Shown one piece after another: positions 51,001 through 63,742 of a stretch of DNA of 64,000 nt (position 1 is the first letter of the stretch; every line of letters starts with the position of its first letter). Where the stretch lies: assembly GCF_964355755.1 (NCBI RefSeq), contig NC_092670.1:18400795-18464794 (forward strand), written 5' to 3'. The notes beneath the pieces are model-generated. The model was not told the DNA's origin. It did not search any database and worked only from the letters and a program-made list of their open reading frames with translations. The translations under genes were made by a program, and so were the position numbers. The DNA comes from Antedon mediterranea (taxonomy: Eukaryota > Animalia > Echinodermata).

Positions 51001-54000
51001 AAATATAATGAAATTTGTTTTTGAAGTATTAATCAATAATTTATTAGAAGAGAACCAATTTTCAATCTTATTTAATTCTAAATTAAAGGTATTTACTAAT
51101 AAATCAATATTTTTGTTTGAATAAAATAAAGTTGTATCATCGGCAAAGGAAACAATATTCAGTGTATCACTAACAAAGGTTATGTCATTTACGTAAATAA
51201 GAAATAATAAGGGTCCAAGGACCGACCCCTGTGGTACACCACATGGAACGTTCTTTGCCGATGATTTACAGTTACCAATCTGATACAGTGTAGCATAGGT
51301 GAAATTACGGGACTCATATCGTGTTCTAATTTTTTGGTATGATGGAATTTTCAAAATAAACTCGAAGATGACAATTTCGAAAGATAATGAATTGAGCAAA
51401 TAAATATAAGGATTGGAAGAAAATTTGACACGTAGAAGCGCAATGCGCGGTCTTTGAAATTTGTATAACTTTGAATAAAGAAATTTAAAAACTACTTTTT
51501 AACTTCAACTGGCCATATGATAACATCACAACATCCGATAGGCTTAATTTTAATATGAATTCATATCTAAATTTCATCAGATTTCATAATAAGTTATAAT
51601 CTTCAAGGTCACCTTTAATTCTGAAGAGCTATAAGATATTCAAATGTATGGTGTAGCTGAAATTACACGACCTAGGTTATTCAAGTTTTTACGCGTGATG
51701 ACGTCATCAAAATAAAAATGTTGACAACTCATTAGAAGAATAATTAATTGAGCAAGCACATACTAAAAGTTGTGCGAAAATCGGGCTCAAATAACGGAGA
51801 TGCGCTCTATTGAATGTGATAACCCACACAAAAAGATAAAAATTCCTAATTTTTTAATTCAAGTGGCCATTTGATGACGTCATACCATTTTGTACGTCTA
51901 ATGTGTATATGCATTTGTATCTACAACTTATTGGCTTCCATAATAAGTTAAAAAAATTGGGGGTCATCTGCCATTCTGAAGAGTTATATTCATTTTAAAA
52001 AGTCCTTATTTTTTACCATTTTTAGCACTTTTGTACAATTAGTGTGCGCATTTTGTCATTTTTAACGTGCTCGTATAGCGTTATTTTAAGTCGGAATGGA
52101 CTCAAAATTGGTGAATGTATTAAGGATTGTGAGTAGAATGTGATTTATACATCAAATTTTATTTTTTACGCATTTTAAGAATCGTGCGCACAAAAACGCA
52201 TTTTTGCGCAGTAATTTTTTGAAACGCGCAAATGGCCTAATTCATGCTCTAAATTGATCAAAACCTAATTTTGCGCGTTTTAAATTTTTAACGCGCGATT
52301 TCACGTGCATGACCTTGAAACGCGCAACTTTTTATTTGCTAATATTTTTACCCTTGACCTGAAGTTTACCTGTAGTGAATTTCATTAATATGTTATAATG
52401 AATTATGGAGATATGATTGATAATGTGATTTCACAAAATGGCGTATAAATGACGTCACGGATGAGTGATCACGCTGGAAAGCTCATTAGGATTAAGTTAT
52501 ATTATTTGAAAGATATTCTGAAATTTTGGTAATCATTGACATTAAACTTTTTGAGATAATTGTTACACAAAATAGTGTACAGAAACAATAAAAAGAAAAA
52601 TAAAGATTTGATACAATAACAATAGGTGATCATTTTATTCTAAATGATCACCTAATAAAATTACTCTAATCCTATTACCATGTTTGGAAATTGAAAATAA
52701 ACTTAAGCTAAGCTAGACAAACAAAGTAAATATTATACACATAACCACATAGTTTCTCATTAAAATAAAAAAGTTTCATTATTTTTTGTTTTTGATTTAA
52801 AGAAATATATACTATTATGATAAAATGTATACAGTATGTTTAAAATAATAAGAAAGAATTATACCTAGTGATTCATAAACAGTTAAATTATTATTATTAT
52901 TATTATTAAATATAAATTAATCTGCATAAAAACAACAAATTCACGTTTTATTATTTTAAATGGTTATAATATTTTCCATAATTAAAGTAAATTCACAAAC
53001 TTCTTTAATATAATTATGTGACAAGTAATAATTAATTAATATTGATAACTAAGTATCTGTGAAAAGGAAATACTCAATTATTAAGTTGTACTTGTTGTTT
53101 CTATATTAAACAAAATTGATGATGAAAATATAAAGTCATTAGCCAATCACATACTGTATTAAATAACTGTCGGTTATTTTTAGCCTGATTATTGTTATAT
53201 ATTGTATTCTGTGCACCAATAAATATAAAGCAATTATGTTATTATTGTTTTAAATATATTGTATTCTGTTCATTTTGTATTCTATAAAGCAATATTATAT
53301 TGAATTTTTATGGCGCATTTTAAATGTTTTATTATTAAAAATATAGACCCTAACAGACTGTAGGGTAATAAATATGTATAACAATCTTTTTCAAAGCAAC
53401 TAAACAACAATAATGTACTGTATCCGTTTAAGGGGTTTTTTACAAACGTGTTTTGCAAGCCAAGCGCATTGATGATTCTTATGACTCATAAGTCTGATGT
53501 TGTGTTTTCTTTGTTCAATTCCTGTAATTGTGTAACAGATATCAAATCTTTGATTTTGTACGACGTATTGTATGTCCTTTGTGATAGTTAACAAGACAGG
53601 TTTAGCTAGATCTTTCAATTCAGGTATAACTTTAACTGACATAAACAAATGGTTGAGAACTTTGAGTTACCTTGTGAAATGTGAGTGTCATATAATTTGC
53701 GCCTTTTCAAAGAATTTGAAAGGATACTCCATGCTAATACATACAAGCAATAGAGAAAATATACAATAAATCTGCTTAAAAAGTTTGATAGGAAGATAGG
53801 ATTGTATTGTATTGATTGTCTGTGCAATAAATAAAACAATACAGTTACAACAGGCCTGTGTCAATAGGAGGAAGTACAGTGAGTACAACTGTATTCTATT
53901 ATTTTGTCCCAAAGTAAAGAATATATTACCTAAATGGGGAGACATTATCGATCGGTATCAGGCCAGTTTTGCTGAAACCCAGTTTGCCTAATCCCAGTTT

Positions 54001-57000
54001 GCCGAATCGCTATGTAAATCAGATTTGCCTCTAATTAGAGTAAATTGCACAACAATTTTCTTATCTTCAGTGTACTGTATATTCAGATAATATCAATTTG
54101 AAAGTGGTTTTAAATTGGAGGAATCTTAATTTTAGAATAGAAACGCTGATCCACAACAAAAAATGGAGATACATTGTACAGGCCTATAGTGTACTGTACA
54201 GTTAGCCAATTAGCAGTTAAATTAAGCGATTAATTACCAGCATACCACATAGCTCAGTCTATTAATGCATCGCTAGGTATGTTTAAAGTCTTAAGTTGGA
54301 GACCCAGTGGCGCCAATTCAGATTAATTAGTTAATTTTTGTTAGAATTGATTTTAAAAACTGACAGTTTAAATAGTTATTATCCATAATAACTAAATTAA
54401 TATCACAAACGATTTCATAACATATATAAAATATGGTGCAAATTTAGAAATTATAAAGCAAGGGGTGCAAAGATACAGTAAAAATAATGATGTAATCAAT
54501 GTTTTTAATTTGGCCTCCACTTGACTCTGATTCATAATATCCTCTCTTTGAAAATACCTGGTTCCACGTCAAAACATACGTATATTGCGTATTAATAGCA
54601 AATACAGGGCTTGGCGGATACTACCAATAACAGGCTGGCTCTCAACAAACCAGAAACTACTGTATTCAAAATCAAGACATTTTTGGAATGCTAAAAAAAG
54701 TCTCAAATAAATTCTTTCAATTAATTCAATCCTTTCTTCATTAAAAACACATTTAGAATAACAGAATTTTTGGAAAATAATATAAGGTACTGTGAGAGAT
54801 ATATATTTTAATACCTATAAAATACTGTACATTTATTACTAATGATTTGCGACTAATGCCAATGACTTGTAATGGCAAGGACCTTTCACATTAACTCATT
54901 TAATAGGTGAATAATCTTATAGGCTAGAGACCGAGAAAAATGTTTTCGTTGTATAAAAGTTATTACATGGTCAGTATTAAGTTACTTTCTTAATTATTAT
55001 TTTAATTGATATTCATAAACTTGATCCTCTCTGAATGAAAGCTGATAGTTTGCTGGATTTCTAGGCATCCATTGTTCTTCCATCTCTCGTTCAGCTGGCA
55101 ACATCTCTATTGTGCTTTATTTCAACCTCATTGCTTTCTATTAACACTAGTTGCGGCCTACCCATTGTTTAAGATGTTTACTTTATGCTAGACGTGCGTT
55201 TGTTTTCAATGAGCGCTTGAAGTTAAGCTTTCGGAATCTTGCCGTTTTGGCCGCAAGATAAGTTATTGTTTTGTCATTTGTTAGGCTTAACCTCATTAAT
55301 TTAATAAATTACTGGAATATACAATTGAAATATGTTTCTTTCATTCTTTTTTTTATGAAATTATTTCTAAATATAGTAGTATAAATTGATAGGTTAAATC
55401 CGTCTTCCACAGTTTGTTCAAATGTATTAAACGTTGAAATTTATACAATCCCAGTAATAATAATAGAATAACAATAAAAGGAGAGAGCTACACATAAAGA
55501 ATACACTCATTAACAGTTTAAGAGTGCTTGTCACCAAAAATCAGACATATTCGTAATTTAGTGGCAAGGGTCAAAATTTCGAATTGGCTCATATTTTGCA
55601 CATTGGTAGACCTTGATGTAAGGAAACCTGATGTGTAGTTTGTTTGGTAAAATATCGCTTAGTTTTCGAGAAAATCGAAAAATAACAATTTTCGGCCAAT
55701 TTTGTTAATTTTTGGTGTATAATTTACATTAAGTTTAACAGCCTCTGGAAGCCAAACGTAGCTACCTAACGTTTTAATATTTTACACTTAGGTTAACTAG
55801 CATCTTGAAAATATTTTAGTGAAGTTTCAAAAAATTTGATGAAATTCTAAGATTTTTAATAATTAATTACAAATTAGCATATATAAAACTCATAAAAACT
55901 AGGGTAAAAACAAACGCATTTTTTTTCATGTGCGACGAATTTTTTTTTAATAAAAAAATCATCAATCTAAAGTTTAGATACTAATATTTATGAATCAAGT
56001 AAAAAAAATTTGGGGAAACTATTTTGCGCTCCGCGCCAGAGCCACAAAGTTGTAAGAAATTCAAAGATTTTATCTGTCGGCAAGATCAATCAGATGTACC
56101 TATTGTTTTCTATTTACAGATTTAAGGTAAATTTTACTAAGAGAAACAAACTTTAAAGGTAAACTGAAAGGTCCTGAATAATTTGGAATCACGTTTTCAT
56201 ATAAACACAAACTAAAAATATATTTCTAGTAAAATTTAAACGACTAACCCATGATGAAATTAAGCATTTACTATCTGAGCTCAACATTATAACTCGCTTA
56301 GCTTCATCAAGCCTGTTATGTTTTCCACAAGGTGAATTTATTCGCGCGAATTGAACATTTTTTGCACTATACGCGCGCATGCGCAGTTTATTTTATCAAC
56401 AAAGTGTTCCATTGGGCGTGCGCGTATACGCGAAAATGTTTGATTTGCGCGAATAATTTTGCCTAGTGGAAAACAGGCTTTACAACATAATGTTCTTATC
56501 TTCTCATATAGGGAGTTTTCGCACGAGCACGTTAACGCTATTTTCCAAGCTCCGCCCACTTTGTAAACAACTTGATCTGTGCGTGCGCAAGCATTACGAA
56601 AAACTTTAGTTACGTGCGTCGATAACCTTATTTCTGAAAAATAGCGTCAATGAAAAACGTTAACCAAAACATGATTAAACATGCCTGGCTAGGCTTAGTC
56701 TCTAAACCCAAGGTATTCCATGATTTATTTTAATACCTGTTGCGTATGTTGCATGCGCTACACATGTGTTGCGTTCTACACTTCCCGTCGAAGCGCAAAA
56801 TCAAAACGAGCACGTACGTTAACGCAAATGTTCGCTGAACTCTGTTGTTATGCAAATGAGTAGAATGGTGACAACCGTTAACGTTCATGTGCTCGTGCGA
56901 AATTTTCTAATAATTTGTAGCCTAAACAATAAATTATTGTTTTACCATTGTTACACCCCTTCGCTTTATTACAAATTTACAGAACGCGACTTAAAATACT

Positions 57001-60000
57001 AACAATTTAGATAACAGAATCGTCCCACATATTAAATTGTTATTTTAAAGAATTCTCACAGACACAGTTCTACCTTCGTTGCTACCTTAATCAATCGAGC
57101 AACTGCACGTGGAAACCAGCTTTCCCAACAAATCATCAATGTATGGCTTCTTGCGCTTTATGGTTATATCTGTGGTATCAAGTTCAAGAGAAGTACACAT
57201 TTCTTGCAACATTGACAAAGAGAATCTGGAGAGTTTTTCTTGAGCTTTCAGTTCACTTATATTATGCCTTTCAAACATTATTGGATGCTGCAAGCCTATT
57301 GTGTCCAGTACGGTTTGCGACAAAAGTTGAATTTCTCTTTCTTTTTCCGTTTTTGAATCGTCTCCATTTTCTTCGACTTCGTCACCATCTTCATTACTAT
57401 CGTAATCATCATCTTCGTCATCATCATCATGAACGGCTGCATCTGTCCTCCTTTTTTTAGCTAAGCGTGAGAAAAAACTTGCAATCTGCTGTGCTGTTAA
57501 AAATTCACTCTTGCTAAATAGATGTGAACCATCGCTGTGCCTGGCCGATCTCATCTCTCGTGAGACATCACATGGATCAGCTTTCTGTCCTGTCTGCTCT
57601 CCAGCGTCAAAAACATCAATAAGGTAGGTTTTCTGTGGAACAGAAAATCGGGTTTTTTTTGCAGAGGACTTTAGCGCCCAGCCCATTTGCAGGTCGGGGC
57701 CAATGTCAAACCGTGGCAAATCGTTGGTTCTGGATTTTTAGAAGTACCCTCTTCTAGTTGTGTTGCGTATCATTTCATTGCCCTGTCATATAGTGTTTCA
57801 AGTTCTAGTGCGTTCTTGTGATTTTCATAATCTAAGTGTTTCTCTAGGGAAGAGTACATCGAAGGCTTTTCCACCATTGGCAGAGATATAATCAAGGCCC
57901 TGTAAGGATTTGCGTACAGAAGCAGAACAAACGCTGAGAACTCTACGCAATGTACTGCGGCTCATAGGTTGAAAATTCTTCTCTTGACAGTAACTCTCGT
58001 ATTGAAGAATACATTGTTCTGGGATAAGATTACGCACAACATTTGGGATTTTTATAACTCTGTCTGTAGAAAGTTTCTCCAAATGGCAAGTCTTGTATAA
58101 CTTGAGAACTTGTTATAAAGGTAACAAAGTGGTCAATTTTCCCTGGCTGTACGCATACTCTAGTGTTCTTTAGAGGTTGAATTACAGAACCTCTACCATG
58201 TAACAATAAATGGTGTTTGGCCACGTTAAAACGGTATCTAGTCAAGTTAGGTATCCATTTCTGCAGTTCCTTGAAGGTAACCTTAACAACCATGATCGAT
58301 AAAATCTGACGTCTTGTACTCCAGTGGTTAGTATGAAGATAGCATTCTGATAGAGCATCTAATAGAGAAGAATCGGTTCTTTCGTCAGCTTCTGTGGTTT
58401 TATCACTTGATAAGCCTTCAAGTAGAGTAGTCGACTGACCAGGTGCGATTTCTTCCAGGCACATAGAGACAACTTGACGAGCCTTGCGCATGTGGAAACG
58501 TTTAGTACGGTCTGAAACTTGCTCCAGCGGTGCAGATAAAGGATATCTAATTGGACTGACGTCCCTTGAATTGAGAAATGCATTTAATTTTTCTCTTGGT
58601 GTAGATTGAATAGATTCATCTTCTGAGGTAGTTGAAGCAAAAGTTGGATCACAAAATTGATATAGGAAGGCTCATTTGAGTATCCATAACATCACACGCC
58701 GGTGCTTGACAAGTTGGAGTGGCTAATGGCATGTAGAACTCATCCTTATTACTTTCCTGAAAATAAGAATAATATTAATATTGGTAAAAAATTACTACTG
58801 ACTTTGATTCAATTATTGACGCACTGATTCGTGATATATATAAAATGATGATGACAATGGCAGGGAATGCAGAAAATATTCCTCCTACCACCAACATACG
58901 AAATAAAATAAACAAAGTAACATGAAACACATTATTTACTTAATCTTTCCGCCAATAAATGCGTATTCATAAATGTCATACTGTACGGTATTTTTTAACT
59001 TACAGTTGTTAGTGCGCTCATCTGATCGACGAGACTAGGGTTATTTGTTTCAGTGTTCGAGGTTACAGGTAACAATGACTTCAGCATCTTACGGCAAGTT
59101 GAACCTGATAAAAAGCGTAAAAACATTTACTTACAGGTTTTTTGTTTTTTAACAGTTTAAATTACATTAAATATATAAAAATATAAAAATTAAATTATAT
59201 TTACCTGAACCAACTTGCAGGAAAGTTCCTGTTTTCTTTAATATTAGTTGCGAATCTTCTTTGCTAATACCCCTATCGCACTTGGGTCCCTTTCCCTTGC
59301 TTTGGATGTGATTAGAGAGATCAGGCGGCACTCTACATCTGTTGTTATTTCCTCGAGACCAACCTAAGCCAAGTTCCGATCGATGCAAGGGACAAACAGT
59401 CCAACTATGTATATCAGCGGGCAAGATAAACATTGCTGCTCGACTAAGAATTAGGTCTACCTCACTATCGATGCCCGTAAACCTAAACATGGATCTGTGT
59501 GCAGCGATTTCCTTCTGGCATGCTTGTAAAGGTAGAACTTCAGTGCTCTGTTTGCGGTCTTTTCTATCGAATCCACAAGCTCCGCCAACAACCGATTTAA
59601 AAGAACATGAAATCTCCATCTTGTTTGAACTTAAAGCCATCAGACAATAATTATATATAAATATTATTTTCAACACGTCTTTACATTGTAAGACATAAAC
59701 TAAAATGGATAACAAATCAGTTCCGTTGTCAACGCCAATGAAGATATAGTTGTATATCGAATATATGCAGTGTTTTGTCTACTGTGGTTAATGTTTTGAA
59801 ACATTCTCGTTGAATAAGTTCGACCAGGTTCGACAAACAGGAAAACGATAACAAGTTAAAACAAATGTGTTTTTCACTTTTATCCTATATAAACTATGAG
59901 AGGATGGAATAATTTATAATAATATGGTTTGACAAAGCATAAGCGAGTGATTTTTAGTTAATTGCTTAATTTCGTATATTGGTTAGTAATTGAAATTTTA

Positions 60001-63000
60001 CCAGAAACGTATATTTAGTTTGTGATTAAATTGCAACTTAACTCAAAATTATTCCAGGAACTTTCAGTTTATCTTTCAAGTTTGTTTCGCGTAATAAAAG
60101 TTTTGCTCAAAGCGACTTAGATTGCTAAATAGATAACAATAGGTACATCTGATTGATCATGCCGACAGATAAAATCTTTGAATTTCTTACAACTTTGCTG
60201 CTCTGGCGTGGAGCGCAAAATAGTTTCCCCAAATTTTTTTTACTTGATTCATAAATATTAATATCTAAACTTTAGATTGATGATTTTTTTATTTAAAAAA
60301 AATTCGTCGCACATGAAAAAAAACGCGTTTGTTTTTAACCTACTTTTTAAGAGTTTTATATATGCTAATTACTAATTAATTAGTAACAATCTTGAAATTT
60401 CATCAAATTTTTGGAAACTTTACTAAATTATTGTCAAGATGCTAGTTAACATAAGTGTAAAATATTAAAACGCTAGGTAGCTACGTTTGGCTTCCAGAGG
60501 CTGTTAAACTTAATGTAAATTATACACCAAAAATTAACAAAATTGGCCGAAAATTGTTATTTTTCGATTTTCACGAAAACTAAGCGATATTTTACCAAAC
60601 AAACTACACATCAGGTTTACTTACATCAAGGTCTACCAATGTGCAAAATATGAGCCAATTCGAAATTTTGACCCTTGCCACCTAATGTTTGATTTTTAGT
60701 GACTGGCTCTCTTAACTATTTGATATAAATTTACATACAGTATTTAAATAGTATAGTATTTATTAGGATGGTTCAATATTTAATTCAAAATATTTGTTAT
60801 ATACTGTACAGGGCCTTTAAAAGAATATAATGGTGATCTTAAAAATAAAGAGTACATCAACATTTTATACCAATATCTAATACAATTTATACTTAATAAT
60901 AATTCTAATTATTACTAACAAAATACTGTATAATACTGTAGGAAGTAATTATACCTAAGTATATAAATATTCCTGTACTTTATATTAATTAAGTAGCTTC
61001 CTAACTTATGATATTAATATTTTAAATATGTTCAATATTCAAAGTTCAAAGTCTAATAACTGAAATTAAATAATACAAATAAATTAATAAACTGATGAAG
61101 GGTCAACATTATTACTGCAGTAACTACTGTACATTTATTTTACTGGATTTTAGTTTGTAATGTATACAGCTAGTCACTGCAATAAACAGTATGTATGATT
61201 ACTCATCAAAAAGCTTGCTAAATAATTGTATAAAGCAGGTTTTAGAAAGTAAACACAATTATGTACTGCAGTAAACTGCAGTAGAATAGGATCCCTTTAG
61301 TAGGACTGTTGATATAAACATTTTAGAATCTCCATGGTATGGGAATTAAACAAAGTAGTAAAACGTACTTGCTACTTAGATTCACCTTCTACGGTTTACT
61401 GAGATAGATTGCAAATTGTAGTTGATGCAATAATCGTGTGTTTGTGCACAACGCAAATTTCCAAAATGAGAATCTATAAAATTTATTGATTTAAGTTCCG
61501 ACAATAGTTAGTACCATTTCATTTGAACGTTTGATAAACATGCAATTGTTTATTTAAGTGAACACGGAGAGTATTCAAACACTGTATGTACTTTAATTGC
61601 TGGTAGTAGCTTATTTTAAAATATACAACTGCGCAATAATCCTGGGGGATTAGAGGGGGAACACTTTTGTTTGTTTAATGATAGTTTTACACAAATCTAG
61701 ATCCCCACAGTACTGTATATAAATAAATGTATTATTGCAAGTTTTAATAATAACAGTCATCTTCCAAAAATATTCTGACCGGATACATAATACCATGCTA
61801 TATATAATTCCCACCCATATTAAATCCTTGTAAATTTAAACAAAAGACTTCTTAATCCGAATATAATTCCATCCCTGGTGGGCCTACTATACTTGATCTT
61901 AAACTTAGTATCAGTAATAAAAATTTAAAGGCAGCAAAATTTGAAGAGATATTGAAAGAGTGTTATAAAGACAATTATATTATTAGGATCAAATTTAATG
62001 ATATGACTATAATATTTTCATAATAAAGACAATCTGTAGGATTCAATTTATCTTTTTAGGCTCTAGAAAAATTATTATAAAGTAGTTGCAAAGAAAATAT
62101 TATAAAGAGGTAGTAGTACATGGGTCACATCATAACACCCTGTCCCCTTAAAAATGTTTTGTCCCCGAAAAACATGAAAAATGAAGATTAATTAAATCAG
62201 ACTTTGAATAGGTTATTTTGTAGTTTTGATTTAAGTCAATCACATCTGTAGAAAAAACAAAACAAAATGTTTGACTTATAAATAAAAAAATGAATAGTTA
62301 AATTCAACAAAAGTTTTTTTTTAAATTACAGGTTACAAGTAAATCCTTTTTTTTTCAATCCAGTTTTTGGTCAAATTTGGATAACTATTATGTGACATTA
62401 TAATGGCGTACCAAGAAAAAAAATTGTAACAAATATTTTTTTGAGGGTGAACAATACATCTTTAATAACAAATGTTAAAAATACAAAGTGTATTAGTTTG
62501 TGTATTGTTACCATGGGGACACTTTGTGCCTTCCCTGGAACCTGTTTATGCTAATTTATGCAACAAATTGTTTTCATGATAGTCTTTGTTGTCGACACCC
62601 ACCACTAGCTAATTAACTGTAAACGTTGAAGTCTGTTATTAGTACACAAGATATTATTATCTAGAGCTCCATAACAATTAACCATTCCATTAGGTGATGC
62701 CAAATTGATCGGTTGAGTGAGCTCTAGCCTAGATGCTTAGCAATACTAGTATTTGTAGGTACTCAAGTATTAAACATTGATTGCGCAAATGATCAATGGG
62801 ATAACGTTTTGGTCTACGTGCTTAGCAATACCAGCATTTTTAGATAGGCCTACTCAGCTATTAGACAAACATTGCCAACTTAAAAGTTGGCAATGTTTGT
62901 CGATTTAAAAATTGAAGTGCATGTAATATGGTAAACTATTAGCCGTTTTGCAACACATTAAGTAACACTTTAATTAACTTCATTTTAATTTTAAATTTCA

Positions 63001-63742
63001 AATTTTATTTAAAATAATTAAGCCTATGTTAAAATGTTTTTATGATAATACTATAAGGAATTGAAATAACAATACAGAAAAAAAAACATTTAAATGTTAA
63101 TACCTGTATATTACTACAGTAAGTGGGCCATGAGAGAGCTCACTTTTTGTTCACCTTTTGGGCATGGCATTCACGGATATAATTGTGCTGGGTGGAGCAA
63201 GGTGGGAACATGTACTTATAAAATCTTCTGCCCAGCAAAAAGCTTATTTTAAGGTCTCCTGCCCAACCTAATTTCAATATAGCCAACCCACACAAGAAAA
63301 ATGTGGGTACCTGAAATTACTGTATTATTTTAAACCTCTGGACATTTACAACATGTAAGGTACTATTGCACAGATATTATAACATTAGCATCTTAAAAAT
63401 AATAAATTCAGTTCATAATTGAATACAATTACTAATTTATTATCTTTTTTCTCATTGCAGTGTTCCTATCCACTATGTTCGTCATACAAATACTACGGTG
63501 ATGAGCCTAATCACGAGGCCTCCGCATTTGCAGATAAGTACGAAGTTGGAGCAACATACAGCTGCTATCACAGCCCAAGTTCAAATGAGGTCATTTTAGA
63601 CCTTACTGCAAATCGTCAGCAGGTTATCCACAGTATGCTGTGGCCATCGTTAGGACTTATACTCACCGTCATTGCCATCTATGCCTTAAGAAGACATGCC
63701 ATTGCACATGAAAAAACAGAAGTACCTTTTACAAGGTTTTAG
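48045..63742 (+). CDS. Second two-TM KCNMB/TipE-family protein, 222 aa; exons 48045-48431 and 63461-63742 (15 kb intron)
   Basis: Exon 1: TM1-KPY...FEETTC...FPCL...TPK|GTAAGT. Exon 2 after TTGCAG: CSYPLC...YSCYHSP...HSMLWP-TM2. Same PK|CSYP phase-0 junction as the paralog; no alternative exon 2 seen in between. Confidence 0.82.
48543..48645 (+). repeat. Array of six 15-16-bp GACGATTCGGCCC units (DNA transposon end)
   Basis: Tandem GAYRWTTCGGCCC units; the same unit occurs in direct and inverted form at 2787-2880. Confidence 0.65.
50055..51285 (-). mobile_element. 5'-truncated non-LTR retrotransposon (CR1/L2-like group) with RT C-terminal half and 3' UTR
   Basis: ORF 50299-51399 carries GVPQGSVLGPLLFLIYVND, FADDT, KFLG-like LFLGI, YNSLILPHLLYC and LQKRVVR. 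AATAAA and a (TTGAA)n tail at the 3' end (50055-50085, minus strand). Confidence 0.88.
50299..51280 (-). pseudogene. Reverse transcriptase fragment of the LINE (no endonuclease or N-terminal RT)
   Basis: Uninterrupted frame of ~325 codons with RT motifs. The upstream part of the called ORF (51285-51399) runs into the flanking element. Confidence 0.8.
56309..56481. mobile_element. MITE of the same family nested inside the Sola3 element
   Basis: AAGCCTGTT..TTTTCCACAAGGTGAATTTATTCGCGCGAA...TTTGCGCGAATAATTTTGCCTAGTGGAAAACAGGCTT inverted ends. Confidence 0.6.
57087..59640 (-). pseudogene. Sola3 transposase remnant, spliced (exons ~59640-59205, 59104-59004, 58756-57087), frameshifted, catalytic core apparently missing
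   Basis: N-terminal Cys/His region (CPLHR...CRVP..H), RRQILS, LLHGRG, DLPFGE, ASVRKSLQGLD and C-terminal GWALK...QIASFFSRL. Frame changes near 58650 and 58070 and an in-frame stop near 57770. Confidence 0.75.

Larger units (their letters stand above)
49841..52657 (-). mobile_element. Non-autonomous Helentron/Helitron2-type element (HINE-like), interrupted by a LINE
   Basis: Right end: TAGGTGATCATTT-loop-AAATGATCACCTA (52623-52654), i.e. a subTIR plus its inverted copy. Left end: the same 13-mer (49873-49885) next to a 10-bp hairpin TAATTCGTCA-CTT-TGACGAATTA (49850-49872) and a CTAG terminus (49842-49845). A-runs flank both sides. Confidence 0.7.
55522..60711 (-). mobile_element. Sola3 DNA transposon, defective (internal deletion), with ~650-bp TIRs and TTAA TSD
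   Basis: TTAA at 55518-55521 and 60712-60715; termini GAG...CTC. 55522-~56180 is an inverted copy of ~60047-60711. TTAA target, GAG termini and long TIRs are defining Sola3 features. Confidence 0.85.

Noticed and set aside
51285-51399. N-terminal ~40 aa of the 366-aa RT ORF
   Set aside because: Chance read-through into the flanking Helentron-like element; RT similarity starts near QIGNCKSS.
55518-60715. piggyBac or Kolobok assignment from the TTAA TSD
   Set aside because: GAG...CTC termini, very long TIRs and GWALK/QIxSFFSRL motifs fit Sola3 better; piggyBac begins CCY.
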